Source of the DNA: Scyliorhinus canicula
Taxonomy: Eukaryota
DNA: 64,000 bases
NCBI RefSeq assembly: GCF_902713615.1
Contig: NC_052157.1
Location: 84,323,411 to 84,387,410 of the forward strand
Reading direction: 5' to 3'
This document shows, piece by piece, positions 1 through 11,030 of the stretch. The notes beneath the pieces are model-generated. The model made no database searches. It was given only the letters and a program-made list of their open reading frames with translations, and was not told the origin of the DNA. The stretch's first letter is position 1. The number at the start of each line of letters is the position of its first letter. A program made the position numbers and the translations under genes.

Positions 1-175
1 TCAAACTGCTCCCAAACCACGGCACTCATAGACCTCACCTCACACCACCTCACCCCCACACCACCCTCGCCCCACACCCACACCACCTCCACGCCCCTGC
101 ACCACCACCACAAACACCCCTACTCACCAGTCCCAACCACAGACCCCTGTCTACTCAACCACTACCCCCCACCCC
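1..175. repeat. C/A-rich low-complexity tract
   Basis: Irregular (CAC/CCAC)n-like composition, almost no G. Confidence 0.5.
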
Positions 176-199
176 GCACCGCCCTCAGTCTACGCATGT

Positions 200-2200
200 G
201 CCTTGTAGGAGTTCCTGGAGATGGGGCGCGCTCTTCTAGTGCCCTCCGCCCCCGGCCACAGTCACAACCTGACCCATGGGTAGAGCAGCGCCGCAGACAT
301 CGACATAGATGGGAGCAATAGACCCAAGGACAAAGACACCCCGGAGCTTGCGTCCGAGGGTAACATGGCTTTCCCGCCAAAGTTAGCTCCAAAACGTCCA
401 ACATAATAAGAACATAAGAACTAGGAGCAGGAGTAGGCCATCTGGCCCCTCGAGCCTGCTCCGCCATTCAATTAGATCATGGCTGATCTTTTGTGGACTC
501 AGCTCCACTTTCCGGCCCGAACACCATAACCCTTAATCCATTTATTCTTCAAAAAACTATCTATCTTTACCTTAAAAACATGTAATGAAGGAGCCTCAAC
601 TGCTTCACTGGGCAAGGAATTCCATAGATTCACAACCCTTTGGGTGAAGAAGTTCCTCCTAAACTCAGTCCTAAATCTACTTCCCCTTATTTTGAGGCTA
701 TGCCCCCTAGTTCTGCTGTCACCCGCCAGTGGAAACAACCTGCCCGCATCTATCCTATCTATTTCCTTCATAATTTTAAATGTTTCTATAAGATCCCCCC
801 TCATCCTTCTAAATTCCAACGAGTACAGTCCCAGTCTACTCACCCTCTCCTCATAATCCAACCCCTTCAGCTCTGGGATTAACCTAGTGAATCTCCTCTG
901 CACACCCTCCAGCGCCAGTACGTCCTTTCTCAAGTAAGGAGACCAAAACTGAACACAATACTCCAGGTGTGGCCGCACTAACACCTTATACAATTGCAAC
1001 ATAACCTCCCTAGTCTTAAACTCCATCCCTCTAGCAATGAAGGACAAAATTCCATTTGCCTTCTTAATCACCTGTTGCACTTGTAAACCAACCTTCTGTG
1101 ACTCATGCACTAGCACGCCCAAGTCTCTCTGAACAGCGGCATGCTTTAATATTTTATCGTTTAAATAATAATCCCGTTTGCTGTTATTCCTACCAAAATG
1201 GATAACCTCACATTTGTCAACATTGGATTCCATCTGCCAGACCCGAGCCCATTCACTTAACCTATCCAAATCCCTCTGCAGACTTCCAGTATCCTCTGCA
1301 CTTTTCGCTTTACCACTCATCTTAGTGTCATCTGCAATTTCCCTAGCCATCTCTTTTAGACTCACCTCCTTTGGTCACATTCGCAACCAGGCTACTGACA
1401 CGCTATCGCATGCACAGCAGGTGCTCATGTGAACTCCTGAGTGGGCGAACGATTGGAAGTCATTGCGACCCAAGTGTCTACATTTCATCCAGACGGATTT
1501 CAGGCTTCGGCAATGGATAGTCCCATAGATCGTGGAGTTGCAGACAATGTGCGAGAGACTGCATGAGGGGTTGTCGGCGAGCATCCAGAAAACTCATCTG
1601 CAGCTGCTGGAGTCCAACCACGTGTTGAAGCACGATGTGGTGTCGGCTATTCGTGCCAACCATGCCAACACCGCATGGTTGGTATCCGTGATGGAGGCCT
1701 TGCCGGCTTCAGTTATGTGTCAGCATGTGCAAGGTCTGGGGCAATCTGCGCAGCGGTGGCAGAATGCCGAAACGGCGTGTCCTCACAGAGCTACCCATAT
1801 CCCAGAGCCAACTGGACATTGCAGCAGCGTGCCAGAGCATGCAGTATACACAACGCGCCATGGTCGGCAGCAGAGGCAGCATTGCCCAGGCGCTGTGCGA
1901 CGTGGCACAATCGCTTAAGGACGTGTCCCAGCCCCAGAGGGAGATGTTGCAGACACTGGCGGATGTACCTCAGACCCCGTAGTTTGTGGCACAGTCGGAG
2001 CGTAATGTGCGGCAGTCACACCGTGTATTTCGTGGCCGAGAGGATGCAGACCTTGGCAAAGACGGCAGAGAGCATTCAGCACTGGCAGTGCCATGTGGGG
2101 GTGGGGCGTCAGTGCCTGGCTCTGCTCGCAACACCGTCCAATTGAGGAGCATGGGGCCGTCGAGTACCACGAGGGAGGAGGAGGTGATAAATACCGTGCA
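200..2200 (+). pseudogene. Decayed ORF with heptad/coiled-coil repeats, probably transposon-derived (possibly a Harbinger-type accessory ORF); split by the CR1 at 402-1359
   Basis: Frameshifted pieces ERLHEGLSASIQ..LQLLESN, IAQALCDVAQSLKDVSQPQREMLQTLADVPQT (7-aa periodicity). A protein-like reading resumes across the CR1 (..AFPPKLAPKRPT | LTSFGHIRNQATDTLS). Family assignment is inference. Confidence 0.35.
402..1359 (-). mobile_element. CR1-clade LINE (family A), 5'-truncated, with an internal in-frame deletion
   Basis: ORF 499-1365 with ADDTK, RPHLEYCVQFWSP, VVNLWNSLP; 3' UTR and (TTCTTATG)n tail at 402-498; near-identical to 26270-27560. Confidence 0.95.
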
Positions 2201-2314
2201 GTTTACGCACTCAGGAGGGATGAACATGAGGTAAACATGACGCTTTGCAGCATGAACGCACGCCATTAGGCCGACATTGTCCAGTACGCCCAGATTTTAC
2301 TACTGAACTATTGT

Positions 2315-2661
2315 GGGCAGCAGGGTAGCATGGTGGTTAGCAAAAATGCTTCACAGCTCCAGGGTCCCAGGTTCGATTCCCGGTTGGGTCACTGTCTGCG
2401 TGGAGTCTGCACGTCCTCCCCCTGTGTGCTTGGGTTTCCTACGGGTGCTCCGGTTTCCTCCCACAGTCCAAAGATGTGCGGGTTAGGTGGATTGGCCATG
2501 CTAAATTGCCCGTAGTGTCCTAATAAAAGTAAGGTTAAGGGGGGGGGGGTTGTTGGGTTACGGGTATAGGGTGGATACGTGGGTTTGAGTAGGGTGATCA
2601 TTGCTCGGCACAACATTGAGGGCCGAAGGGCCTGTTCTGTGCTGTACTATTCTATGTTCTA
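2315..2661 (+). mobile_element. HE1-type V-SINE with HER1-type tail
   Basis: tRNA-like head (TAGCATGGTGG, B box GGTTCGATTCC), V core GGGTGCTCCGGTTTCCTCCCACAGTCCAAAGA, tail GGGCCGAAGGGCC...TTCTATGTTCT. Confidence 0.92.
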
Positions 2662-2828
2662 TTCGAAATGTCTTGCATTAGCCGATATCCTTCTGTACCC
2701 ATCTTTCCTAGTAAACTATCAAAATGTTTTATAAAGGCAAAATTGTTCCCGCGTCTACTACTATTTCTGGGAGCTCGTTCGAGACACTGACCACCCTCTT
2801 TGTGAAAACATTGACCCTGTGGACACTT

Positions 2829-3075
2829 ATAGAACATAGAACAGTACACCCTTAACCTTACTTTTTTTATTAGGACACGACGGGCAATTTAGCATGGCCA
2901 ATCCACCTAACCCGCACATCTCTGGACTGTGGGAGGAAACCGGAGCACCCGGAGGAAACCCACGCAAACAGGGGGAGGACGTGCAGACTCCACACAGACA
3001 GTGACCCAGCCGGGGATCGAACCTGGGACCCTGGAGCTGTGAAGCATTTATGCTAACCACCATGCTACCCTGCTG
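2829..3075 (-). mobile_element. HE1-type V-SINE with a deletion in its 3' part
   Basis: Same head and core on the minus strand; the (GTTCTAT)n tail is joined directly to the post-core region. Confidence 0.9.
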
Positions 3076-3942
3076 TCTCTCTCACCTTCTCTCTCACCTT
3101 TAACCGATGCCCTCTATTTTCAGACTCCTCTAAATTTGGGAATCTATGTTGACTATGCTACTTCTCTATGCTATTCGTTATTGTGTAGAGCTCTATCAGA
3201 TCAATTATCAGCCTCTTAAGCTCCAGTGAATTAACTGCCAACCTATCCAAGCTCCCCTTTTAACTCAAACCATCAAGTTGTGGAAGCACCTTAGTAAATC
3301 ATTTCTGCACTCTTTATAGTTTAAAAATATCCTTTCAATAATAAGGTGAACAAAACTATATAGAGTATTAAATGTTTGGCCTTACCAATATTTGTACAAC
3401 GTCAGCAAGACGTCCCAATTCCTGCATTCAATTTTCTCACCAACGAAACAAAACATTCCGATGACCGTCTTTACCATTCTGTCGTCATGTGTCTCCACAT
3501 TCGATGAGCGATGCACCTTTACTCCTAGATCTCTGTCCTCTATAACTCTCATCAACTCCCCAGCATTAACTCAGTACCTACTCCTCCAATTCTATCGGCC
3601 AAAATACATGAACTCACAATCAACTGAATTAAATTACAGCAGCCTGACATCGGCCCACTTGCGCAATTCATCAAGACCGCGTTGCAATCCTGCAAAATCT
3701 TCTTCACTGTTCACCGTGCCACTGATTTTGCTGTCGTCTGCCAATCTGCCAACCATGCCCCCTAAACTGTCATCAAAATCATTAATATATATAACAAATA
3801 ACGGTTGTACCAATACTGATACCCGAGGCACACCGCTGGTCACAGACCTCCAGTTTCAAAAACTGCCTCCAAAATCACAATTTTCCTTCTGCAGTTTAGC
3901 CAGTTGAGTATCGAATTGGCTACCTCACACTGGATCCCGTTT
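3076..3942 (-). mobile_element. Old CR1/HER1-like ORF2 fragment
   Basis: TSGVPRVSVLVQPLFVIYINDFD...LADDSKI (ORF 3634-3843), with many stops. Confidence 0.8.
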
Positions 3943-4154
3943 GCCAGAACAGCGCAGATATTCCGACTCCCCTCCTGTCCCTGGTGCATCTGCTGGGCAG
4001 TGGACAAACCACGGCGGCACCACGCGAGTTGGGACATCCTAATAGCAACACTGCCCAAAAAGGCCCTCTCGCCCCAGCAGTGCCCACCAAACGGAAGAAC
4101 GTTACACGGCGGGAATGAGAGCCGGCCGCTTCCACCCCGAGTGTACGAAGAAGA

Positions 4155-4300
4155 AAGTAAAATAAGAATACAGCACAGAATCAGGCCGGTCCGCACTCCA
4201 TCCTGTACCGGTCATGTTTCCACCCTTGGCCAAAACCCACAGCACTTCCTCGTGCCGCATCCTTTTATAACCATCCTATTCATATGTTAGTCGAGATGCT
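4155..4300 (-). mobile_element. Short decayed HER1-like 3' tail fragment
   Basis: AGAATACAGCACAGAATCAGGCC resembles the reverse-complement LINE/SINE tail. Confidence 0.5.
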
Positions 4301-4360
4301 TTTTCAACGATGCCAGTGAGAGGAATACTGTGATGCAATACTTCTGGGAACTTAAAGAGC

Positions 4361-4589
4361 GGGCAGTACGGTAGCACAGAGGTTTCACTGCTGCCTTTAG
4401 GCGCCGAGATCCCAGGACTAATTCCGGATCTGGATCACAGTCCCTGTGGAGTTTGCACATCCTCCTACTGTTTGCGTGGGCTTTGCCGCCACAATCCAAA
4501 TATGTGCAGGGTTGGTGTATTGGCCACGCGAAATTGCCCCTTCATTCGAAACAAAATCAATTAGGTACTCTAAATTAATTTAAAAAAAA
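4361..4589 (+). mobile_element. Poly(A)-tailed V-SINE, decayed
   Basis: GGGCAGTACGG head, TTGGCCACGCGAAATTGCCC core end, GGTACTCTAAATT plus an A-tail. Confidence 0.8.
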
Positions 4590-5984
4590 GAAATTTCAAG
4601 AGAAATGCAGTGACCTGCAGGCTGCAGTGACAGTCATGCCCAACGCCGGAGAGGACAATAGAGCCTGTGAAACAGGTCGCTCCGAATGTCTGCGAGCGAT
4701 TTGAAATGTAAAGTCGCAGTAACTGTCAAGAAGGATGTAATGTGCCACTTTCTTTCCGAATCCAGAAACAGTGTCCAAGGTGCAAAGTACGAGGAGAGAG
4801 CAGATAATGCTTGCCAATATGTAGCATCTGATCCCGATATCAACAATGGACGCCCACCTACATTTGAAGCAACTGAAAAGCTGCATGCAGCCAAGTGGCC
4901 ACAGTCCCTATGAATCTAATCATCATTAGCAGACGGGTGAACATAATCCACAGCAACATACTTACCATAATACAGTACGACTAACGAACCAACATCGCCA
5001 AGACACTCGGACTGTTTGAACCAACCGAGGATCCCAACCCCCGTTGTGAAAGCAGAGCCCAAAGTTGAATTTCGAATGGAGTTGACGAAGTGGAAGATTT
5101 GAAGTCATGCTACCGTATCTTAGATCAGTTATCCGTTCCGCATTACCTGACCCCAAAATATGTCTGAATGACCCCTTTTTGAGAGGAAGGCAGCCATTCA
5201 ACCAGCCATGAGGCAGAATAGAGAGAATACAGTAATCAACCTCAAAGACTGCCAGAAGAATAAAGGGGGGACTTCGAAAGCCATCTGTCAGTCGTAACTG
5301 GAGTCAATTTATAGGTGTTTTTACTTCATGTGAACAGAGTCGACATAGACCGACACCACCGAACTGCATGGATCCATGCCCTGATCATGGATATTACTGG
5401 TGGAAATCGGAAAGAATGCAAAATATATACCCAGCCGATAATACCCACAATGAGGCATGGGCCGTCGAGAAAATGGAAGGCAACAGGCAACGGAAAGTAA
5501 GAAAAATATGCAAACTCAAACCCATAAAACAAGGAATAATGAAATATGTCCACTAAACTTGCATCCCAGCCCACTGTGAAATATCGAAGAGCGGGACGAG
5601 CACTGTGGCATACCCACCGCCATATGATTATCCTACCAGAGGTCCAAGAAGCGGTACAGTCGTCCGATGGACTTCTAAACGCAGACACCAGGGACAGCAC
5701 AGAACGTAGCCCAGATACTGGCCCACACATGGACGATGCTAAAATTGGCACCAGTCGGACCATATCGTGAGGGAATGGAGGGCCACACACCGGCAAGAAG
5801 AACCCGCACTGAAAAAGTCGCTTGGCGGTGCCAGGCTACAATGACTTAGGTGTCGATCATCAAGTGCGATTGTGTGGGCAGACCCCTGGGACTATGCGAG
5901 GGAGAGCGGCCGGTGCCCTGTCAATGTACTGCAGAACACCGGATGATCCCATGCTACTCTGCGCACATCCCGCAATTTGGGTCG

Positions 5985-6060
5985 CACAAACAGCACAGGG
6001 AGAAAGAGGTTTATCTCATCGACACGGGAATCTCCGATTGAGATAATCACAGGAAAATAT
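5985..6060 (+). pseudogene. Retropepsin (aspartic protease) N-terminal remnant
   Basis: EVYLIDTGIS in ORF 5850-6041; interrupted by the solo LTR at 6061. Confidence 0.7.
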
Positions 6061-6632
6061 TGTTATAAACCAGGTTTTAGAGAACACCAAGTTATACCAT
6101 GGAGTTCAACTGACCCACAACTTTAAATCGCTTTTGGTTCTGGGAGCACAATGGCACACTGTGATGTAACGGAAAACTAAACGTATTTGTAAACAAAAAC
6201 AATGTTGATTCTATGAATCCAGTTAACATTTTACAAACACACAATAAACAGTTTGTCAAGTACCAAATATGACCACCCAAAATATACATGACTCTACACG
6301 TCGCAATTAACAGCTTCCCTGACGACATCCAAAAGCCCTGAATACTTTTTAACGAAGCCATCAGTTTTAAATTATCTCCAGAAACAAATATTACTTGGAA
6401 ACCATTAATATGCTGAAGGCATTCTTTAGCTTATAGAGAAAAAAATGAATACACACATCTTCTTGACTGGCATGCAGTTCCGCAACTCTGAAAACGAAAC
6501 TCAACAGACAATGCAGCTGCCAGCTCAAAAACGAAAGGAAAAAGCAGAGCAAATACCAGCTGCTCCCACACAATGAGATCTCTGAAGCTGTTTGATTAAA
6601 TACACTTTTCTTAAGGGGACTCTCACATGACA
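6061..6632. mobile_element. Solo LTR (Ty3/Gypsy-type) inserted into the ERV protease region
   Basis: TGTTAT...ATGACA termini (imperfect inverted repeat), flanked by an exact 4-bp TSD ATAT (6057-6060 / 6633-6636); 572 bp, with no recognisable coding motifs. Confidence 0.8.
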
Positions 6633-6980
6633 ATATATGGACAACATTTCTACTATGTCGAATTGCGGAACAAAAGGGGCGGAATGTCGAATGATCCAGG
6701 AGCATGGGAATGTTCGCAAGCTACAGTCAGGCGTTCGCAAACCACAGTCATGATTGCGGTTGAATGAAAGTGAGATCAATTATATAAGGCAAGGATACAA
6801 AACACAACACATCCTCCGTGAGTCAACTGAGGGCTAATTTGGCCACGTAATTCATAGTTTCATTCAACGGAGAGGCTTGTGCTCCTTTGCTACCACCAAA
6901 CTTCCTTCGTATGATCGGTGACAAAGCCGGAGGGATGAGTGAGACTAACTATCGATTAACAATCGATCAACCAATCCACC

Positions 6981-7090
6981 TCAATTAATTTCACAAAGGG
7001 TCACCTGGGATCGAAACCTTAGCTCTTTACTCGCCATACAGATGCTCCAAGACATTCTGAGAGTTTCCAGCATTTTATCTTTTGGTTTCA
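6981..7090 (+). mobile_element. Probable Penelope-like element terminal fragment
   Basis: AAAGGGTCA..CGAAAC..CAGATGCT..TTTCCAGCATTTT pattern; CACC duplicated at both edges (6977-6980 / 7091-7094); removing it rejoins the RT reading (INQST|PLTSA). Confidence 0.5.
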
Positions 7091-7150
7091 CACCCCACTT
7101 ACTTCCGCCATTGTTGCGACCAGTCCTGAAGCCATTTTGAGACATGACCA

Positions 7151-7503
7151 ACATAGAACATAGAACAGTACAGCACAGAACAGGCCCTTCGGCCCTCGAT
7201 GTTGTGTCGAGCAATGATCACCCTACACAAACCCACGTATCCACCCTATACCCGTAACCCAACAACCCCCCCCCCCACCTTAACCTTACTTTTTTAGGAC
7301 ACTACGGGCAATTTAGCATGGCCAATCCACCTAACCCGCACATCTTTGGACTGTGGGAGGAAACCGGAGCACCCGGAGGAAACCCACGCACACACGGGGA
7401 GGACGTGCAGACTCCGCACAGACAGTGACCCAGCCGGGAATCGAACCTGGGACCCTGGAGCTGTGAAGCATTTATGCTAACCACCATGCTACCGTGCTGC
7501 CCC
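7151..7503 (-). mobile_element. Full-length HE1-type V-SINE inside the ERV RT
   Basis: Complete head, core and (GTTCTAT)n tail. Confidence 0.93.
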
Positions 7504-8221
7504 AAATACATGTCACGTATTTAAATGCACTGGATATCAGCAACGGCTTCTGCTCGATTACTTGCGACTGGCAGTTCCAATGCAAATTTACCTTTACATT
7601 CGAAGGGCCTAAGTATACCTGGAAGAGTCTGCCATCTGCAAGGTATCCGCAACTTCACCTCAATGTTTCGCCGGGGAACAGCAAAGCGTTTGGAAGGATT
7701 AAATAAATCAGAATACAAACAGAAAGAGAAGGGGAACATCTTACATTTTTGAAAGTATTGCTTAAACTGCTCTCTCCATTATGCCAATGGTAAATGCCAA
7801 GAAAGATCGTATAATGATAACACGCTACTCCTACTTGTGTACCGTAGTCAACTGGGGTAAGAACGCGATTGAAAGGAAGTGAATCGAGTCAGTCCGTCAG
7901 TGCTAGTACAGATTTGCCTCAACATTCCATGGATGGCACAATACATGGGGTGTGTGCCCCAAGATTTAAATAACGGTGCCTCCATATTTCAACAGGTAAC
8001 AACCAAAGGCCTGGAATGATTTTGGAAACTGGAATGCTTGGTGCAATCTGGAGACAATATCTTTCTACAGACATAAACAAAAGGTATAAGTCATAAATTA
8101 TTGTCAGAAAAATTGAACATCCTCACTAAATGAGCATAAAAATTTAAACCCAAGTAAGCCGAAATAATGAGACCACAAGTTTCCCTCTTGGATACATAGT
8201 GACTGAGTGGAACACGAGATT

Positions 8222-8443
8222 GGGCAGCACGGTGGGTTAGCACTGTTGCCTCACGACGCCGAGGTCCCAGGTTCGATCCCGGCTCTGGGTCACTATCCGT
8301 GTGGAGTTTGCACATTCGCCCCGTGTTTGCGTGGGTATCACCCCCACAACTCAAAGATGTGCACGGCAGTTGGATTGGCCACGCTAAATTGCCCCTGAAT
8401 TGAGCAAAACATTAATTGGATATACTGAATTTATTTTAAAAAG
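8222..8443 (+). mobile_element. Poly(A)-type V-SINE with TSD GAGATT
   Basis: TSD at 8216-8221 / 8444-8449; B box GGTTCGATCCC. Confidence 0.88.
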
Positions 8444-8649
8444 GAGATTGAAAGGAAGCGAATCAAATCTGCAGCTTACCTTCGCTTACGAAGGGCAAGG
8501 ACTCATTGTGCTTCTATCTTGGCTTGGCGGGAGGCTGCCCGAACAATGGCGACGGTTTAACTACAATACCAGCGCCGCTTCCCGACCTTTTCCGCAAACA
8601 TACCCAAGGCACCTACACCAGTTGGCACATACAAACTGTCTCTATTTTG

Positions 8650-9175
8650 AAACATAGTATAGATAACGTCCAGCCGTACAAGTAACAAACACAGATTTTC
8701 CCATTCCACTGGGGTCGCAGCCACGGACAGCATAGCGGCAGCCTTGCTCCTGCAAGAACGGCACAGAATTACGGCGCGGTAGCCTATGCCTCTCGCATTC
8801 TAACCTAAGTGGAACAAAGGATTACAATATGCGAGATGCAACTGTTAGCAGTTTTCTGGGGCGGTATTGTAACGCAGTGGTACTCTTTCGTGGATCTGTG
8901 CAGACTCGAAGAGCCGAATGGCCTCGTTCTGTACTGTAAATTTTACGATCATGAAGTTTCATTTACATATTCGGAATTAACCACTCATCAGCCTGACAGA
9001 ACACATTCCCATTGAACTACTGCTGAGCCGCTGATGGGATGATGATACCGCTAACCTCGAAGTTCATAGCGCATTGAACCGCTCATGCTCCACGACGGCG
9101 ACTTGTGGTCATGCTGCCACCTTCCTAGCGACCAATCTGTGCTATGGGGTTGAACGTCATGAATGCAAAGTTGCG
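8650..9175 (+). pseudogene. First RNase H-like (tether/connection) domain
   Basis: ALLLQERH..VAYASRILT*VEQRITICEMQLLAVFW..LTEHIPIELLL..TFLATNL. Confidence 0.7.
8872..8952 (+). mobile_element. 5'-truncated SINE/LINE tail (type B)
   Basis: GCAGACTCGAAGAGCCGAATGGCCTC..CTGTAAATT matches the tail of 18492-18847. Confidence 0.6.
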
Positions 9176-9261
9176 ACACAAAATGATCACACGTGGCGCA
9201 ATTCTGCCAGGGCAAAGGTGCGGAGGCACAAGGTGATTCAACAACCACAACAGTAACGCCC

Positions 9262-9720
9262 TAAACACGGATCCACTGTGGTGGAATCGGGGTACAGGAA
9301 ACCAGTGTGTGGCATTAATGTGGACGACGCAGAGAGGCTAGCACTTGCGCGAGTTAGCCTTACAAACAGACACCCACATGAGTGCCGAGGCTGTAGAGGT
9401 AACATCGTAGATTTGTGGTTAGCCACGCTGACCACTTATCCACAAGGGCACATATATACTAAGGAAGTATGTACTTCAGCAATTGTTCAGCAGATTTACT
9501 CCCACTTTGGGAAGCCTGTGACTTCATATCGGCACATGGAAACCACCTGCCACCAGTAAATATATGAAGGTTTATTTTCCAAACGGCCTAAGACCGTACC
9601 TATGGAGTGACATTATTATTATTATTGTTATTATTATTATTAATAACGTCAAGGCCCACAAACGCACCTGCCCACGTGGGAACATAAGGGTGCATGAATT
9701 GCAAATCACCGCGCTTGGGA
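9262..9720 (+). pseudogene. Second, retroviral-type RNase H domain
   Basis: HGS(DGS-like)TVV..CGINV..SAEAVE (SAQxAE-like)..HIYT..LLPLWEACDFISAHG..VKAH..GNIRVHEL. Contains an (ATT)n expansion at 9612-9643. Confidence 0.65.
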
Positions 9721-9779
9721 ACTGAAGCTTGACAAACCCCTCCCTCCACCGATCCGTTACCGAACGCATTGATCGTTGT

Positions 9780-11030
9780 GACCGTCAGACAGACCAAAGT
9801 TGAATATCTTAATTAATTTTGATTTCCCAAAGCATTTCCCAGGAACTGAAGCAGATTCAAGGACGGACAGATACCTTCTCCGTTGAACAATGACTTCGTA
9901 ACTATACAGGATGATCTAGCCCTCAAAAACGACGTAAATGTGGGCTCACCATGAATCACAAACAAATAATTTCCTAAAAAGATGATGCCAAGGCTATAAA
10001 GGCACAGGAACCTCAGGTGAATGCATTATGCGATTTTGTTGGTGCATAATCTAGAGCAGAATGTCCGGCACTACGGCGATAATTGTATCATGTGCGCAAA
10101 AAAGCAACCCTTGCTCACAAGGGAGAATTAAGACACACCCTCCGCGTCCATCTTGCCTGGACTGTACTTGACCAGCAAATATTAATGAGGTGTGGGTTAC
10201 CGTGAAGCATCGACTGCGACCAGACCACTCCACGTCACTGCCGAGGGAATGCAGGAGGCAATAGAATGTTTGGGTGAAACACAATTTCCACGTTGCATAC
10301 CACCAGCAATCATGTGATATTCTGGAGAGGATGAACAACGGCATGGGAATTAAAAGCTGAGTAGGTTAGTCATTCATTTGTACCTGCTCCACCATTAAAT
10401 GAGATCATGGCTGATATATTCCCGGTCTCAAATCCACCTCCCACCTATTACCCAAATCCCATAACACGCTTTTGTTTCCTCCGAAATATATCGATCTTCA
10501 TCATCCCAGAAAAACCGAACCCTCAAAGCATGATACAAAAAAAAACATTCAGCAGAACTACCATTCCTAGAAAAAAACCTACCCTTCATTTTTAAGTAAA
10601 TGCGTTGCTCCGAACCCCATTCCACCGGCTCCAGGCAACCACGAGGACAGGATGAACAACGGGAGGAATTGAGCCTCGACTTGAGATAGGTTTATCCGAA
10701 GCACAGCTCGCTCGCTGTCCTCACATTTGGGAGTACAAATTAAAACGTTATTGCAGAACGTCCAGGCTGTGCGTCGAGCCGTTAAAATAAGAAACGTCAA
10801 AGAGCAAAACAAGGCTTCCTACGGTGGAAAGACTAATGCCATCGAGGACAATGTGATGAAGAAAGTAAATTTGCTGGTTTACACCCCTGCAGCTGTTTGT
10901 CCCCCAAATACTCCCGACCTCATCTCGTGTTCGATAAGTCAGCCCTTCTATTTAAAAGGTGTTATTGGCACTCAGGAAAGCCGGATTGTTGCATGCGTAT
11001 CAAAAGAAACCTTTGGCCACCATCAGAGAT
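9780..11030 (+). pseudogene. Integrase remnant
   Basis: FCWC.NLEQNVRHYGDNCIMCA; RCGLP*SIDCDQ; FHVAYHQQSCDILERMN; PKYSRPHLVFDK..LLHAYQKK. The region with the first catalytic Asp appears deleted. Confidence 0.75.
10345..10630 (-). mobile_element. Decayed CR1 3' fragment inside the integrase
   Basis: CCTGCTCCACCATT..GATCATGGCTGAT matches the CR1 3' UTR at 455-490. Confidence 0.6.

Larger units (their letters stand above)
3945..5920 (+). pseudogene. ERV gag remnant (coiled-coil region, capsid-like region, degenerate CCHC knuckle)
   Basis: QEKCSDLQAAV (4597), LGLFEPTEDP (5006), ALPDP (5140), AWIHALI..THNEAWAVEKM (5365-5478), C..CGQ..G.YARE (5865-5905). Lies immediately upstream of the protease. 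The 5' limit is uncertain. Confidence 0.5.
6720..8600 (+). pseudogene. ERV reverse transcriptase remnant with a duplicated core
   Basis: QAFANHSHDCG, VTKPEG*VRLTID*QSINQ, TPLTSAIVATSPE, YLNALDISNGF..KFTFTFEGPKYTWKSLP, ECLVQSGDNIFLQT (decayed YxDD), EIERKRI..YLGLAG..PAPLPDL. Confidence 0.85.

Noticed and set aside
2315-2400. SINE heads as genuine tRNA genes
   Set aside because: A/B boxes are present but run straight into the V core and LINE tail, with no complete cloverleaf or terminator.
2330-2515. Recurrent ORF MVVS.NASQLQGPRFDSRLGHCL.. as a small gene family
   Set aside because: It is the incidental translation of the HE1 SINE consensus in each copy.
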